Shown: piece by piece, positions 1 to 12,303 of the stretch
Position numbering within the stretch: the stretch's first letter is position 1
Layout of the letters: the number at the start of each line of letters is the position of its first letter
NCBI GenBank assembly: GCA_030704615.1
Contig: CM060731.1
Coordinates: 86,552,001 to 86,616,000 of the forward strand
Length of the DNA: 64,000 nucleotides
Direction: 5' to 3'
DNA from: Takakia lepidozioides
Taxonomy: Eukaryota; Plantae; Bryophyta
Made by a program: the position numbers and the translations under genes
The notes under the pieces: model-generated
The model's input: only the letters and a program-made list of their open reading frames with translations
Database searches by the model: none
What the model was told of the DNA's origin: nothing

Positions 1-1025
1 ATGATGGAATTGACACGTGCAGATGCGACCTTGTTTTTCACATTGGGGCTACAAACATGGGCAAACTCTTCAGGAATATCTTCCAAAGTCTCTCCCTCAA
101 GACGTACTGTCTCTGTGCTATCAGCCACAAAAACTCGATCAATCAAGAGCTCCAACACAAATAACCTTAACATGATCTGGAACACCGGACATATTGTAGG
201 TATTGGTCTTGCACCAAGGATGACCATCAAACTTGCGGTTCCATGCCTTGGAGGGACTGTGAACCACGGTCCGTACGTAGTTTGACCACGGGGGGGAGTT
301 CGTGGATCACTTTTCCATCAAAAGCTCAAGGAATACACCGAACACGATGCACTGGAATGTGACTATAGTCCAAGGTAGAAAACTCTCATTTTGATCCATT
401 TCTCCGAGCAGTGGCCAAGATACTCAAAATGGACAACACACCAGAAAGAAATACAGATGTAGCCTCCCCTGCTAGTCGTGGAGATGAAGATAAACCCTTC
501 GCATATTCGCAACAATCAGACGTGGCGTTGTCCAATGGAGTTTTCCGAGGCTTCATGTCGTGAAGCAAGACCGTATGAGTAGATGAGGAAGGTTGAGATC
601 CACAAAATACACTTTAGAAACCTCAACACAATCCAAATTATGAGACCCCAAGCTCGCCGAATCTGCAACCTCCTCCTTCAATTTACAACTCCCATTTGTT
701 GCAGCTTGTTCATTCTTCCTTGCAATAAAAGGGTGTCTTTCATCATGTGACTGTGTATAGCTCGTACCTGTGACACGGTACTTGGAGAAGGAAGGTGTCT
801 GGAAACAACTCCATTGCTTTTGGCCATCATTAAAAACTGGAAGCAACACTGTGGAGGCATCATCATCTCCATCATCCTCCAAAAAAAATGAACCCGGAAC
901 AAGTTTGAATCTATTGCATAACCAAGGTTCTGGGATGGGATAATGCACTTGTTTCCATTGCAAGGATAACGAACCACTTTTGCATCAGGTGGACATGAAA
1001 GCAATGCATATTTTGGTGGAGACAT
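1..1025 (-). pseudogene. 5' part of Mutator-like (GCM-domain) transposase, element copy A, degenerate; runs off the window
   Basis: Minus-strand peptides WLCNRFKLVPGSFFLE, LDYSHIPVHRVRCIP*AFDGKVIHELPP and RKFDGHPWCKTNT align with ATRFQLQNGSIFLE, IDWESLKQVPVKFLPETFDGDILFELP and KKHDGHPWCRTKT of the transposase at 19259-22757. Stops and frameshifts present. Confidence 0.75.
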
Positions 1026-2173
1026 TTGGCAATGTCCTCAAAGTTTGAGATGAGATGCAAACTGAACGAAAGCGCACATCTTGCAAGACCTTACGCAAAT
1101 ACATTAAATGGCTTACATTACTTATGTGTATCATCAATCCAGAAGGTCCAGATTTTTTGAGACATGTGCTCCATCCATATTACTCTTTGACAGAAACAAC
1201 TAAATGGACTATCCCCTATTTTAAGACGACGGCGCCGTGTTGAGATCTTAGAATCCAATGTACTGCTTCTTCTTATGAGCATATGAAACATAAATGCTCT
1301 GCATGTTTCCATTTATTATACAGCCAATCGTTGATTAATCGTCCAACTATGAACTGACACACTAGACGGCACAATTTATTTACAATCAAATCCCATGACA
1401 TGTATGTTGATTTGTTCTTTGATAACTCATATATGAGTAATGAGTACAAGTATTTGTGGCGACAATTGACTCTAAAACCAAATAATAAATAAGTGATTTA
1501 AGACACCCATAACAAAATGTTCAGTTACTTTATCACTTACTTTATATTGTATTATGAAGGCGCCGCCACAAAGTAACATGTCAATCGTACAACCATCTTC
1601 TGAGGATCCACGTGTAAACCCATGTAGTCCCATAGTGTAATTGACAAAAATGTCTTGTTTTAAAACGTGTTTGAAAAAAACCTAGACAAATTGGATTAAA
1701 ATTTTCAGGCTTGAGTCAAAAAGCAAAAAGCACTAACGCCAGAGTGTATTAAAAAGGTTCACATTTCAGATTTGGCCAATTTGGCCTTTTTAAGGCCTTA
1801 GCCCCCCCTGCTCTCTTTGGCGGGCACAGGTTTGAACCCGCAACCTAGTGGAAAATACACCACAACCTTACCACCAAGCCATGCTATATTCAATGAAATA
1901 ACCTCTATTTTTTTGTTAATAAAGTGTTTCAATTCAGCTAAACTGTTTGCCATTACTACATGACTAACCCGGTATCATTACTACACTAACGTAGTCTAGT
2001 ATACTTGCACATTATCTTGCCTTTCCACTCCCCAAACAAACACACACAAACTACACAAGCACTTAACACGTCTCTAGTCTCTACACCCTGGAGACTCTCG
2101 TTGCGAAGAGGAGACAGAGGCGCCGCATCTCGGCCTTATACTATACCACCCCGAGGCACGAGCTGTTGCGGCG

Positions 2174-4049
2174 ATGGGGATGAAGAAGGACACTCGAGGG
2201 GGAGGCGTTGCTGGTGGTGGTGGTGGTAGAGGCAAGTTGTGGACGGAGAAGGTAAGCTGCAGTTTTGTTTCTATTTCATGACCTGCACTTAGGCATATGT
2301 GCCATCGCATAAGCCCCACCAAGCTGTTCCTAATCTAGCACCTCCGCCGGCGCAGATGCCTAAGTCACTTCAACTCTCACAGGTTTGTGAATCTCCACAC
2401 ATACACACAACCGTCTCCGCCGGCAGAGACAGCTCTTCCCCTTGGTTTTTTCTGATGCTTGGAAGGGCTGGGCTTGCCCCTCCGCCGGCGCATACCGTTG
2501 GAGCTGGGATGCTCACATGTTTCAGGAAGTGCTCCAACCCGCTCGGAGCATCAACAACGTATGAGCATGCGAAAAAATAAACGGGATGGGCGTATCCGCC
2601 GGTGCATACCCGTGCAGCAGGGCTGCTCAAATGTTTCAGGAAGTTCTCCCATTTTCCCTCTCCTTTGTTTTTCCGCTTACTCAAAAGTTGTTGATGCTCC
2701 GAGCGGGCTGGGATGGCATATTCGCCGGCGCATACCCATTGAGTACATTTTTTTTTGCTCAGCTCATAGGTTTCAGGAACCTCCTGCAAGCGTCTCCGCC
2801 GGCGGGAGACACTGGAGCTTGGTTTTTTGCATATTCCTTGTGTTACGGAAGCTCCAAAGCGCCAAGGCTGCCACCTCTGTCAACGCAGACCCGTGGAGCA
2901 GGGCTGCTCACATATTTCAGGAAGTTCTCCCCCCCTTTTATCTCCTTTGTTTCTTTGCATTCTCATAAGTTGTTGATGCTCCGAGCGGGCTGGGCTGCCA
3001 TATCCGACGGCGCATACCCATTGAGCACAATTTTTTTTTGCTCAGCTCCTAGGTTTTAGGAACCTCCTGCAAGCATCTCCGCCGGCGGAGATGCTTGGAG
3101 CTTGGTTTTTTGTTGTAATTCCTTGTGTTACGTAAGCTCCAAAGTGTCGAGGCTGCCACCTCCATCGGCGCAGGCGCTTGGGGAACCTTCCCTATTTGGT
3201 TGATCACAGTATTCAAGTATCTCAAAGCTTTTACGTTGCCACCTCCACAACTCCACATGCTTCCATAGGCTGGTTTGATCTTTCAAGGGTGCTCATGTAT
3301 GTTTGGCTACAACCTCCTTCCATGGTATGCGCCGGCGCATATGCTTGGAGCTCCTTGAGCAAAAAATTTCTTCAAGGGCCTCAAAGTTGTCAAATTCTGA
3401 GTGGTGCACATACATGTCATATGCGCCGGCGTAGGTGGTCGGAGGTCCTCTGTCGGGATGCTTGGGCCTGTATTCTGCTCCAAGTTGTAAGTTTTGAAAG
3501 ACAAGGATATTCATGGAATTAGTTGACTATCCAAATGCATTTGTTTTCTCATGCAACCATGACACTGAATTGCTCTTTTTACATATATACATTCAACATT
3601 TGCTCTTCTCATACACTGACATCTTGAATGTTTTGGTCTATGGAATTAGGAAATTACTACTACAACTGAAGCTGTGGAGGCCGGGACGCTTGCGACCATT
3701 ATTGACGACATTGATGCAGGGAATTGGGGGGCAGATGAGTATGAAGAGGATACAACATCTAGTGATCCTCTTTCTCTAGATGCCAAACAGACAATTATTT
3801 TGGAAAAGAAACAAGATCTGAATGTAACTTTCAGGTCCCTCCTCATTGAGGATGGAGTTATGGACATTCCATTGTGTCGCATGATTTCTATGCAGGTTGT
3901 TAGGCCTGCCCTTGCCAACGACATCCTAAAGCTTAGATGAGACTTCTACTCTGGATACCATCCAGGAGCAGCCGTGTTCTATGTTTCTGTTGAGGGGATT
4001 GATGGATCTACTATAGATGTGGGTCCTAATATCATCTCTACATGGGATA
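2174..4049 (+). pseudogene. ParB-like cargo gene copy A, 5' half (short exon 2174-2251, long intron, exon about 3650-4049)
   Basis: Donor AG|GTAAGC at 2252. Exon 2 reads DIPLCRMISMQVVRPALANDILKLR*DFYSGYHPGAAVFYVS..STWD, matching DIPLCRMISMPVVRPPLSHDITKLESDFVHGYRLGAQVF(Y)VS..DNWD of copy B. Cut at 4049 by a CACTA terminus. Confidence 0.75.
2341..3435. repeat. Intronic array of about 12 CGCCGGCG-core palindromes inside a ~282-bp higher-order tandem repeat
   Basis: Cores start at 2345, 2418, 2483, 2597, 2723, 2797, 2878, 3005, 3080, 3163, 3330, 3424. Perfect 28-bp palindrome CAAGCATCTCCGCCGGCGGAGATGCTTG at 3070-3097. Confidence 0.9.
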
Positions 4050-4400
4050 CACTACAACAGATTGCGGCTTTTATGACTCCCATGGGTGCGCAGTCATGAC
4101 AGATTTGTGGCAGAAATGCCATTTGCAGTCGTAAAATGCTTTTGAAGTCATAATGCAGGTCTGGAGAAGGCGTATATGTGACTGCATGGCTTCGGACTCT
4201 GCGCAACACAGGTTAAACATGTCTGACCACGAATATTGGCATGGCAGATATGACTACCAGTCACAGTCATGGCTACACTGGAATGACGTGTGCATATTGC
4301 AAGACAGACATATGACTTCATGACTCTCACTCTAATGCATTATGCCAGATCATCACATGGATGAATCATTACATGACTACACGTGTCGACACATGCTTTT
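4050..4400 (+). mobile_element. CACTA (En/Spm) transposon end with subterminal GTCATG/TGACT repeats; inner boundary approximate
   Basis: CACTACAACAGATTGCGGCTTTTA at 4050, preceded by ATA. It matches the terminus at 12304 at 23/24 positions. Confidence 0.75.
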
Positions 4401-5028
4401 CTGGTTATATATATAATATATGAGTATTTATATCTTAAAAAAACGGAGACTCTTACCACTAGAATGAATTAAAAAAAACCCAAAAAAACAAAGATTTAAA
4501 AAAAATCACATCGGCTGGTAAGTGCACAGTGTGTCGCCCTTGTGGTTTGGGGTTCAAACCCGCTGCCCTTATCCCGTGTGTTGGATTGTTTGAGACGGTA
4601 TGTCTTGACGTTGATCGTCATGTAGGTCTTATGGCCCATAAATGAAGGCGGGTGAATTTTTCCCCTCCTCAAGGGCTTGTGGTTTCCTTTAAGAAAATAA
4701 AAAAAATAAAAAAATGGCTTTTAGGGTTTACAAAAAGGTTAAAAAACTTAAAAAGTTGCCCATCACGGTAGCGTGAACAGACTTAGAGCGAGCGGGAGGG
4801 AGAGAGAGAGCGGGCTGGGACTTAGAGCGAGCGAGCGGGAGAGAGGGCAAACATGCATGGAGGCCCGCAGTTGGAGCAACCTTCGCATCTGAAGCAAGCA
4901 GCCCTAGAAACGTAGGATATGTGTGCGAGGAGGTTTCGGTTGGGAGCTCGCCGTTCTTGGGAGAGTCAGCTTCGTCTTAGCAGGCCGTGTTTCAATCTCT
5001 ACCCGCTCGGCCCTGATTTTACAGCACG

Positions 5029-5840
5029 GAGCAGAGCTGGCATGAGTTTCTTAAAGATCCTTCACGATGGTGGGACAACCGCAATCGGAAGGTGTGGCTT
5101 TTTCTTAATGTACGATGTGAAGAAGTTTGTCCATCCTGCAAATGTGGGTTGTTGGCTCCTGTTAATACCATGATTGGTATTCATCCTGATGTTTACAAGG
5201 TTCTTGGGAGAGTTAGCTTGGTCTTAGCATGCCGTGTTTCAATCTCTGCCCACTCAGCTGCACCGTGGTGGTTCTCACTAACCAATCCGACATTACCTAA
5301 CTACAGACACAAGCAGCACACACAAGAGGTCCTCTTGGGTTCATGGTCAGTCAAATCCTTCATGATGGGCATGAACAGGTCGACAATGTGGTGAGGGCAC
5401 CTTCTTCTTCGACCTATTTCAGCCTACTTTGCCCTCTCATCAGACTCGGCCTGAATTTGAATCATGGAGCAGCTGGCATGAGTTTTTTTTAAGATCTTCA
5501 CGAGGGTGCGACCGCAATCGCAAGGTGTGGTTTTTTTTAATGTACGATGTGCAGAATTTTTGTCCATCCTGCAAATGTGGGTTGTTGGCCCATGATTTGA
5601 TATTCTTCCTGATGTTTACAAGGTTTTGGGAGAGTCAGCTTGGTCTTAGCAGACCGTGTTTCAAAGTCCTGCTCAGCTGCAACACTCACTGACCAATGAC
5701 CTACCTGACTACAGACACAAGCATCACACACCAAGGTCAAATCCTCCATGGATCATGACACAAGGTCAAGGACAGTGTGGTGAGGGCACCTTCTTCTTCG
5801 ACCTATTTCAGCATGTTTTGCCCTCTCATCAGACGCCCTG
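5029..5840 (+). pseudogene. Degenerate OSB-like (organellar ssDNA-binding, PDF-motif) gene fragment, two tandem copies
   Basis: EQSWHEFLKDPSRWWDNRNRK|gt at 5029-5091, then TNPTLPNYRHK. This resembles the PDF motif (WxxFFxxPxxWWDNR..K.NP..PDFKHK). A second degenerate copy lies at about 5465-5750. Confidence 0.6.
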
Positions 5841-6589
5841 AGATGCATATTGAATTTTGTAAGTTAGCTCATTACTCGTTGAAGTAGGGTTGGGGGTGTT
5901 TGCTGGAACAATTCTAGGCTGTCATTGTCAGCTGCTAGCAGGAAGGCAAGGATGTATGCATAGATAGCTGAAGGATTTTGTGCAGAGGCATAGATAGCTG
6001 AAGGAGCAGGATGAGTGTGGGCCCAACTTCGTCCAAGAGAGAGATTTTCAAGCTCCATATTTCAAGTGTGTCCAGCCAGGATTTCCTGTGACATTGCCAA
6101 GGCTTTACTCGCAGCACGATGCTTGTAAAGCTTCCTTAGCTGATTGCTGCTGATTATGCTTGAATTATTAGTTTGTAAAGCCAGTTTTGTTTTCATGGTA
6201 ATCAGCTCTCTTGAAAATCTGTAGGTTGCAAGCCATTTACAGCGGGCCGTGGTGTGGTGAAAGACAGCCATTGAAAGTCCTGTGCAAGTTAATACCAGTG
6301 GAGAGCAGAATAAGCTTCATACTTTTGGTGCTAGTTAATGTAGTTGGTGTTTTGGTGAGATTCTGTCTTGGTGTACATGTCTGATAAAGAAAGACGGTAA
6401 TGTTTGTTCTGAAACCTGAAGGCGTGAAATGATTCAAACAACAAGAGCATTACGCGTGTCACAAGTACAAGCTGTAAGAAAGCAAGAGATACATAGTTAT
6501 ACAGTCAGACAAAGTCATCAGTTTGGTGGAATCTCTTGCAATGGCAGAGGGTTGGGAATAGCCAAGTCAGGAGGTGAATGCCTGTCAAA

Positions 6590-7060
6590 TTACCACATGT
6601 CCTTTTGAACACTGCCCCTGCCCTGGTGGACATGTACGCCAATTGTGGGTGCATTGAGGATGCAAGGGAGTGTTCAACACTGTGGCTGAACGAGATGTGT
6701 GGTGTCGTGGAGTGCGATGCTTGCTGGGTATGCACAGCTAGGGTGCGGGATGGAGGCTCCAACCTTTGAGAAATGATGGGGAAGGGGTGAAGGCCGCCGA
6801 CATAACGTTTGTGTGCGTTTGCAGTGCGTCTGCAGCCCTGGAAAAGGGCAAAGAGATCCCAGGTGACATTATCAAATCTACAATTGTACCAGATGTCATC
6901 CTGAACATGGCTCTGGTGGCCATGTATGCTAAATTGGGAGCATTGAGGATGCCAAGGGAGTGTTCACACTATGGCTGAACTAGATGTGTCGTGGAATGCG
7001 ATGCTTGAAGGGTGTGCAGCAGCAGGAGCGCGGGGGATGGGGCTTTGGACACCTGAAAAA
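6590..7060 (+). pseudogene. Degenerate PLS-class pentatricopeptide repeat (PPR) fragment
   Basis: ALVDMYANCGCIEDARE, ADITFVCVCSASAALEKGKEI, ALVAMYAKLG and DVSWNAMLEG lie in shifting frames. Confidence 0.8.
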
Positions 7061-8439
7061 ATGATGGAGAAAAGGAGGGGTACCTTCTTCAACATATTTC
7101 CCTGTTTCCCTGCTAGTGTTTGCTTTGACAATTGTCATTGTCAGTCTCAGCAAGGCGAGGAATGCATGATTTGTGCATGATAGCTGAAGGAGCAGGGATT
7201 TCGTGTGGCATTCATCCCAGATTTCAAAGCACAAGATCAATAGCTGAACCCCCTGGAGGGAGTAGCGGTCAATAGCGGCACAAGTGATAAAATTAGGCAG
7301 TGCTAATGAAGGCATCTTCTTCAACACATTTCACCCTGTTTTTCCCTCTTATCAGAATCGGCCCTAAATTTACATGTTCAATTCTGCAAGTTAGCTGGTT
7401 GAGTGAATCTAGTTTGGAGTGACTTTGACATGATACTGCCAATGTGACAACAGGAAAGTGTCAAAAAAAAGGTAACAGAGATGAGGAGAAGAAATTCGAA
7501 ATGATGACGATCCCGAAGATAAGCAGGTCGACAACGACTTTTCATGTGAGTAAGTGCTAAACCCTCTTTGGGAGTCATACTCAATTTCTCGATAACATCA
7601 AAGTTACAGTAATAACTTTTTCAGGCTGTCTTTCAGGAAAGGCAGCGGTGGATCTTCAGGAGATACAGTCATTTCTGGCGAGTCTGTTTTCGACAGCCCC
7701 CTTTCCAATTTCTTCTTCCTGTTTATGCCGAGGCAATGGCACTTCACGCGGCCGAGTCCCTATCCCCTGACTTTTTAGTGGCCAGCCGTAGGTGTATCCA
7801 GCGTGGATCCGGTGTTCTAAAATACTTAGACTTAGATGCAGAGGAAGCGGGGATACATTGTACTGACTCTGAGTCAGACTGAACTGTATTCTTTTAATAT
7901 TCATTTTCGTATTATTTGGAAAACGTTGAATCCCCTTCCTCCACCGTAGTTGTTCCTTTAGAACAAATAATAATCACAGAATCACCTTTCGTTTAAATTG
8001 CAATATGTATGAATCCATCTCACAAACCTCCCTGACTCTTCTCATATCCATTGTGCATTCATCTACACTGTATTCATGCGTGCTCCATTCATGAATTTTT
8101 TCCTTTATACAACATCCATTGTACATTCATCCTCTGTACTCTTTAATCCACCCCACAAACCTTCCACACTCATTTCATATACGAGGTGCATTCGTCAAAA
8201 GATTTGGTCATGCATCTTCCTGTCATGAATTTTGTCATTGCTCAACATCCATTATACATCATCCATTTTACCTTATCCATCCCTCATTCATCCATCTACA
8301 TTCATTTTTCACACTCATCCATCTGTTTATCATCCAACTGTACATTCATCCATCCTTTATTCAATGCCTTTTTTATGTCGTCCAGCTTGTTTCCGCGGTA
8401 AAGGGTGCCAATCCGCGGGAATACACTCCACTTCTTTCT

Positions 8440-8566
8440 GGGCGCGTGGTGACGCGGCCTTCACGTGTGATGACGTGGCAGTGTAACCCCGTGACGTGGC
8501 ATTTGCGCAAGGTGACGTGGCGTGAGCGCAGTTGCGCTCACGCGCTCACGTGACCAGGCTCACGCC
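8440..8566 (+). repeat. DNA-transposon terminus ending GCTCACGCC, with TGACGTGGC subterminal repeats
   Basis: Three TGACGTGGC plus GCTCACG repeats. Same terminal structure as 23190-23369. Confidence 0.55.
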
Positions 8567-8569
8567 GAG

Positions 8570-11540
8570 GCATCCCTGAGCTGCCACCACTGGGCCCTCA
8601 TTCACAGGAGCTCTCATCTCATTCTGGTGTCTGATCCAGAATGAATAGGCTGCCTTGCAATGTCCTGTCTGATTACAATAGTAACACAGTTCTTCACCAT
8701 TGGGTCCTCGCCCTTGGTCTGCTCTGGGATTATTTTCTATAATCCTGATTCCCTGCTGGTAATTCCCCCTTGGATTACCCTGATAGTTGCCTCTGGGATT
8801 GCCTTGGTAATTCCCTCTGGATTACCTCTCCCTGCCATACATTGTTATATCCACCAGGCCTACCATAGTGGTCCTGATCATTGTTTCTTCTTGGCTGGGG
8901 CTGCACTGGATGCACCCTCACTTGCCTAGGTTCTCTTGCAGCTGTCCTTCTATTGTAGTAACAATTCTCAGTAGAATGGTTATCCATTTTACAGATAGTA
9001 CAGTGTTTCTCCTTCATGTGGCATTCAGCTGTGGTATGGCCTTCATTCTGGCATTTTGCACACCAAACACCCTTCCTCCAATGTGTTGCAGCCTCTGTGG
9101 CATACTTCTTCAAGATCTCCTCCAGTCTTTTCTCATAGTTTTCCCTCTTCAACTTTTCCTTTTCCTTCCTTTTGTGCTCTTACTCTTCTTCCTCATCTGA
9201 CTCATCTTCAGAGTCCTCATCATCCATTTTCTCTCTTCTGAGCATTCCCAATTGCTCAATTTTGTTGGCTGTTTCAAATGCCTCCTCCACTGTATTATGG
9301 GGTAACATATCCACTTTCTTTTGTAATTCAGGTCTTAATCCACTCACAAACCAGGTCTTCTGTAACCCTGGTGCTGGTACAACAGCCAACTTTTTCATCA
9401 TCAACTCCATCTTTTCCATGTACTCTTCAACAGTTTCATGCTTCTTTTGCCTTAACTGTTATAAACTTCCATACACGTCATCCTCAGTTTTGCTTGTCCT
9501 GAACCTATTTCGGAATGCCGTACTAAGGCCATTCTAGGTTAGGAAATGATTATCAGGAAATCTTGCATACCATTCACTTGCTTTCTTTATAAGTGAACAA
9601 GGAAATAATCTCATCTTGGCATCATCGCCATTCTCATTGTTCACAATACACATGTGCTCAAATTGGCTAATGTGTACATCAGGATCCCCTTTTCCTGTAT
9701 ATATTGGAAAAGGTGGTTTTGCCCGTGTTGGAGGTACCGCCATCTGTGGCCCTACACAGGTGCAGGTCCTCTTTTTGGTGCTGGTCCTTGAGGACCTGTT
9801 GTTGTAGTGGTGGAACTCCCACCAGGTGCTGGCCCCTGAGCACTCCCTGCTACTGGCCCCACTATATTCACAGTATCCCCAGCTCCAGTTGCACTACTTC
9901 CCACACTCCCTGTCCCCCCAGAGCCAGATCCAAGCTTCTCGCCTGATCCCCCTGAGCCGACACCTTCGTTGGTTCGTGATCCAAGTGCTCCACTTGATCC
10001 AGGTCCAACGGGTTGGGATGTCCTGGTTGTAGTCTCAACCTCAACTGTTGGGTCTACTTCTTCATACCCCTCATCTTCCAAATTCTTCTTTCTGTTTTCA
10101 TCCTCCAAGTTCTTCTCTTGGATTTCTTCTTCTTCACTCATGTAACTCAATTGCAATGGTGTTGGAGAGTCTGAACTCTCCGTTGGCTCTGCCACATCTT
10201 CCTCTCCCTCTTTATCTTGTGATTCAGAAACTGGAGTTCCTGCCTTTGGTGTCCCATGCCAACTCTTATCAAAGATTTCTGTCAATCTTTTATCAGGGAT
10301 GTACCTCAGATCTCTCCCCTCATGGCTGATCTTCTTCCTATACCAAATCCCTTAATCTTTCTTATAAGGAATAAGAAGGAGTGGCATCCAACTCTGGTTC
10401 CTCCGGTATGGGTGATGTACTCTTCGATCTTAATGGTGTGAGAGGTCCAGATGATTCTCCTATGACTATTCAGATAATTAGCTTTCAAATAACTTTATCT
10501 TTTTGCTGAATATCTGTGAAGTCTAGCTTCTCTTTCATCACTCATGTCCCATGTCTTTCATATCTTCAATGAGGCAATAACCAAAACTCTCTTCTGTAGT
10601 ATCTCTCGTATATGCCTGGGTTTCTTTCAAGTTTCAATGCATCCTTGGCTATACTAGAAGTTTCTGTTACCATATAACCATATGGCAAGCACATCTGAAA
10701 AGCTGTTCTTGGTGTCAGTTTGATCCACAGGATATCCTTAGGAATCCAATTCTTTACCAATACCAACTCTTCATGCATATGAGTGTAAGCATTCACTTTC
10801 CGTTCCTCCCAGCCTTCAAACTCCACTCGTTTAATGGATAGCAATGCTATCACATAAACCAGCGTTGGTAACCAACTTGCTCTCCCTCTACAGGCCACTT
10901 GATAAATCTTTATCACTCCTTTCTCCAAACCCCACTCAGGATCCGCATCATGTACTCTCTTAAGAATGTTTTCTTTGCAACCGTCTGGCAATTCCAAGAA
11001 TCTCTGAAAGAATTGCTTGGACGACCTTTCTTTCTCAGTTCCACAGGGAATTTGATTCACATCAAATTCTTTAATTTCTCAACCACCATGATCCCACCAG
11101 ATGCCTGTCACATCTGGTTGTTCTTGACCCCGTTCCCCAGTACGGTCGCCAAATGTCGAGCGGCTTCTACTCACCCATCCTTTTGCTATCCGAGTGGGAA
11201 CTCCAAGATAGAAGAGTTGGATATCTCTAAGCACTCAGCCCGCTCAAAACAATCAGTCATGACCTACAGCTAGTGAATCATGGTTGTACTTCCTGTTTGT
11301 ATTTCTTCTTGCCTTCATGTTAGCAAATTACCTTGCTGTGTATACTGAAGCATCAGATTGCTTCAGTATCTATCAGGTTCCATTCACTCATCCATTCATT
11401 CCACAACTTCACTCAAGTCTATCTACACAGTGTGTTTTGTATCGATAAGTATCAGATTTAAGATTTATCAGGTATCAGGCCGAAGCCATGGTGTCTCTAA
11501 TCTGCTCTACAGTATCACTACAGCTTTGCATGTAACAAGC
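8570..11540 (-). mobile_element. Ogre/Tat-like Ty3/gypsy LTR retrotransposon remnant: partial 5' LTR, PBS, upstream ORF, degenerate gag, no pol
   Basis: gag pieces PPFPIYTGKGDPDVHISQFEHMC (9534-9743) and WFVSGLRPELQKKV (9180-9419). Zn knuckles CAKCQNEGHTTAEC, CTICKMDNHSTENC and CYYCNQTGHC. LTR ends ...CA at 11154, next to the PBS. Confidence 0.8.
11134..11151 (-). promoter_or_regulatory. Primer binding site TGGCGACCGTACTGGGGA (tRNA-Arg-like)
   Basis: Follows CA-TT at the LTR end. Same core as 42975-42990. Resembles the Ogre/Tat tRNA-Arg PBS TGGCGACTCCACTGGGGA. Confidence 0.75.
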
Positions 11541-11789
11541 ATCTACTGATCATTCCTCCTCATTTACCGTGCTCTCCATCCTTGCTCCCGTTCTTGCTCT
11601 CCGCCTGATCTCCTTCCATGAATGACCAAGAAGTACTCCCCGTGAAGTGTCCTCTATGATGCTTGCTTTGCCTACGTATGAGCATACGAAAAAATAAACG
11701 GGATGGGAGTGGAGGAGCACTTCCTGAAACATGTGAGCATCCCAACTCCAAAGGTATGCGCCGGCGGAGGTGGCAGCCCAACCCTTATA

Positions 11790-12303
11790 CCAAGTTATAC
11801 CAAGTCTTTTCTGCTTTCTTGATGCATTCGTCGTATTGCTCTTTCCTCAATACATTCTTCCATTCAGAGACAGGTAAGGCCAATCATATTGACCTTGCAA
11901 ACCAAATGCACAAATTTGGATGTAACATTTGCCCTCTTTGTTGCCTTGCACATATAAAATGTGATCATTAGAAAGAAGATGTGTATATGTACATCCATTG
12001 AGCAAGAACATGACAACATTGAACATGAAAGTAAATGAAGAATAGAAAGGAAACTCACACATTCACTCCATCCATGATGGACTTGAGGGAACCACGATTT
12101 TCAATGTCCGCATTGAACACCCAACTTGTCACATAGACATGTCTTGACAAGTTGGCCCCATGAACTTCATTGATATAGGGATACCATGCTTGAAGCCTAT
12201 GATTCCCATCCCGACATGAAACATCTTCCCCCGAAGATGATGCAACTTTGCTTGGACTCAAGATACTTCTCAAACTCATCATTGACTGTTTTCCAATGAC
12301 TAT
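11790..12303 (-). pseudogene. ParB-like cargo gene copy A, displaced and inverted 3' continuation
   Basis: DSHWKTVNDEFE../DGNHRLQAWYPYINEVH..IMDGVN|gtgagt has the same intron position and phase as MHDVNK|gtaagt in copy B. The next exon ATKRANVTSKFVH..KTWYNL matches STEKSHVTTSLVH..GTWYSL. Confidence 0.75.

Noticed and set aside
1820-1885. tRNA gene
   Set aside because: Only A/B-box-like motifs are present; there is no convincing cloverleaf.
2299-3522. Overlapping ORFs of 60-170 aa on both strands
   Set aside because: By-products of the GC-rich repeat array within an intron.
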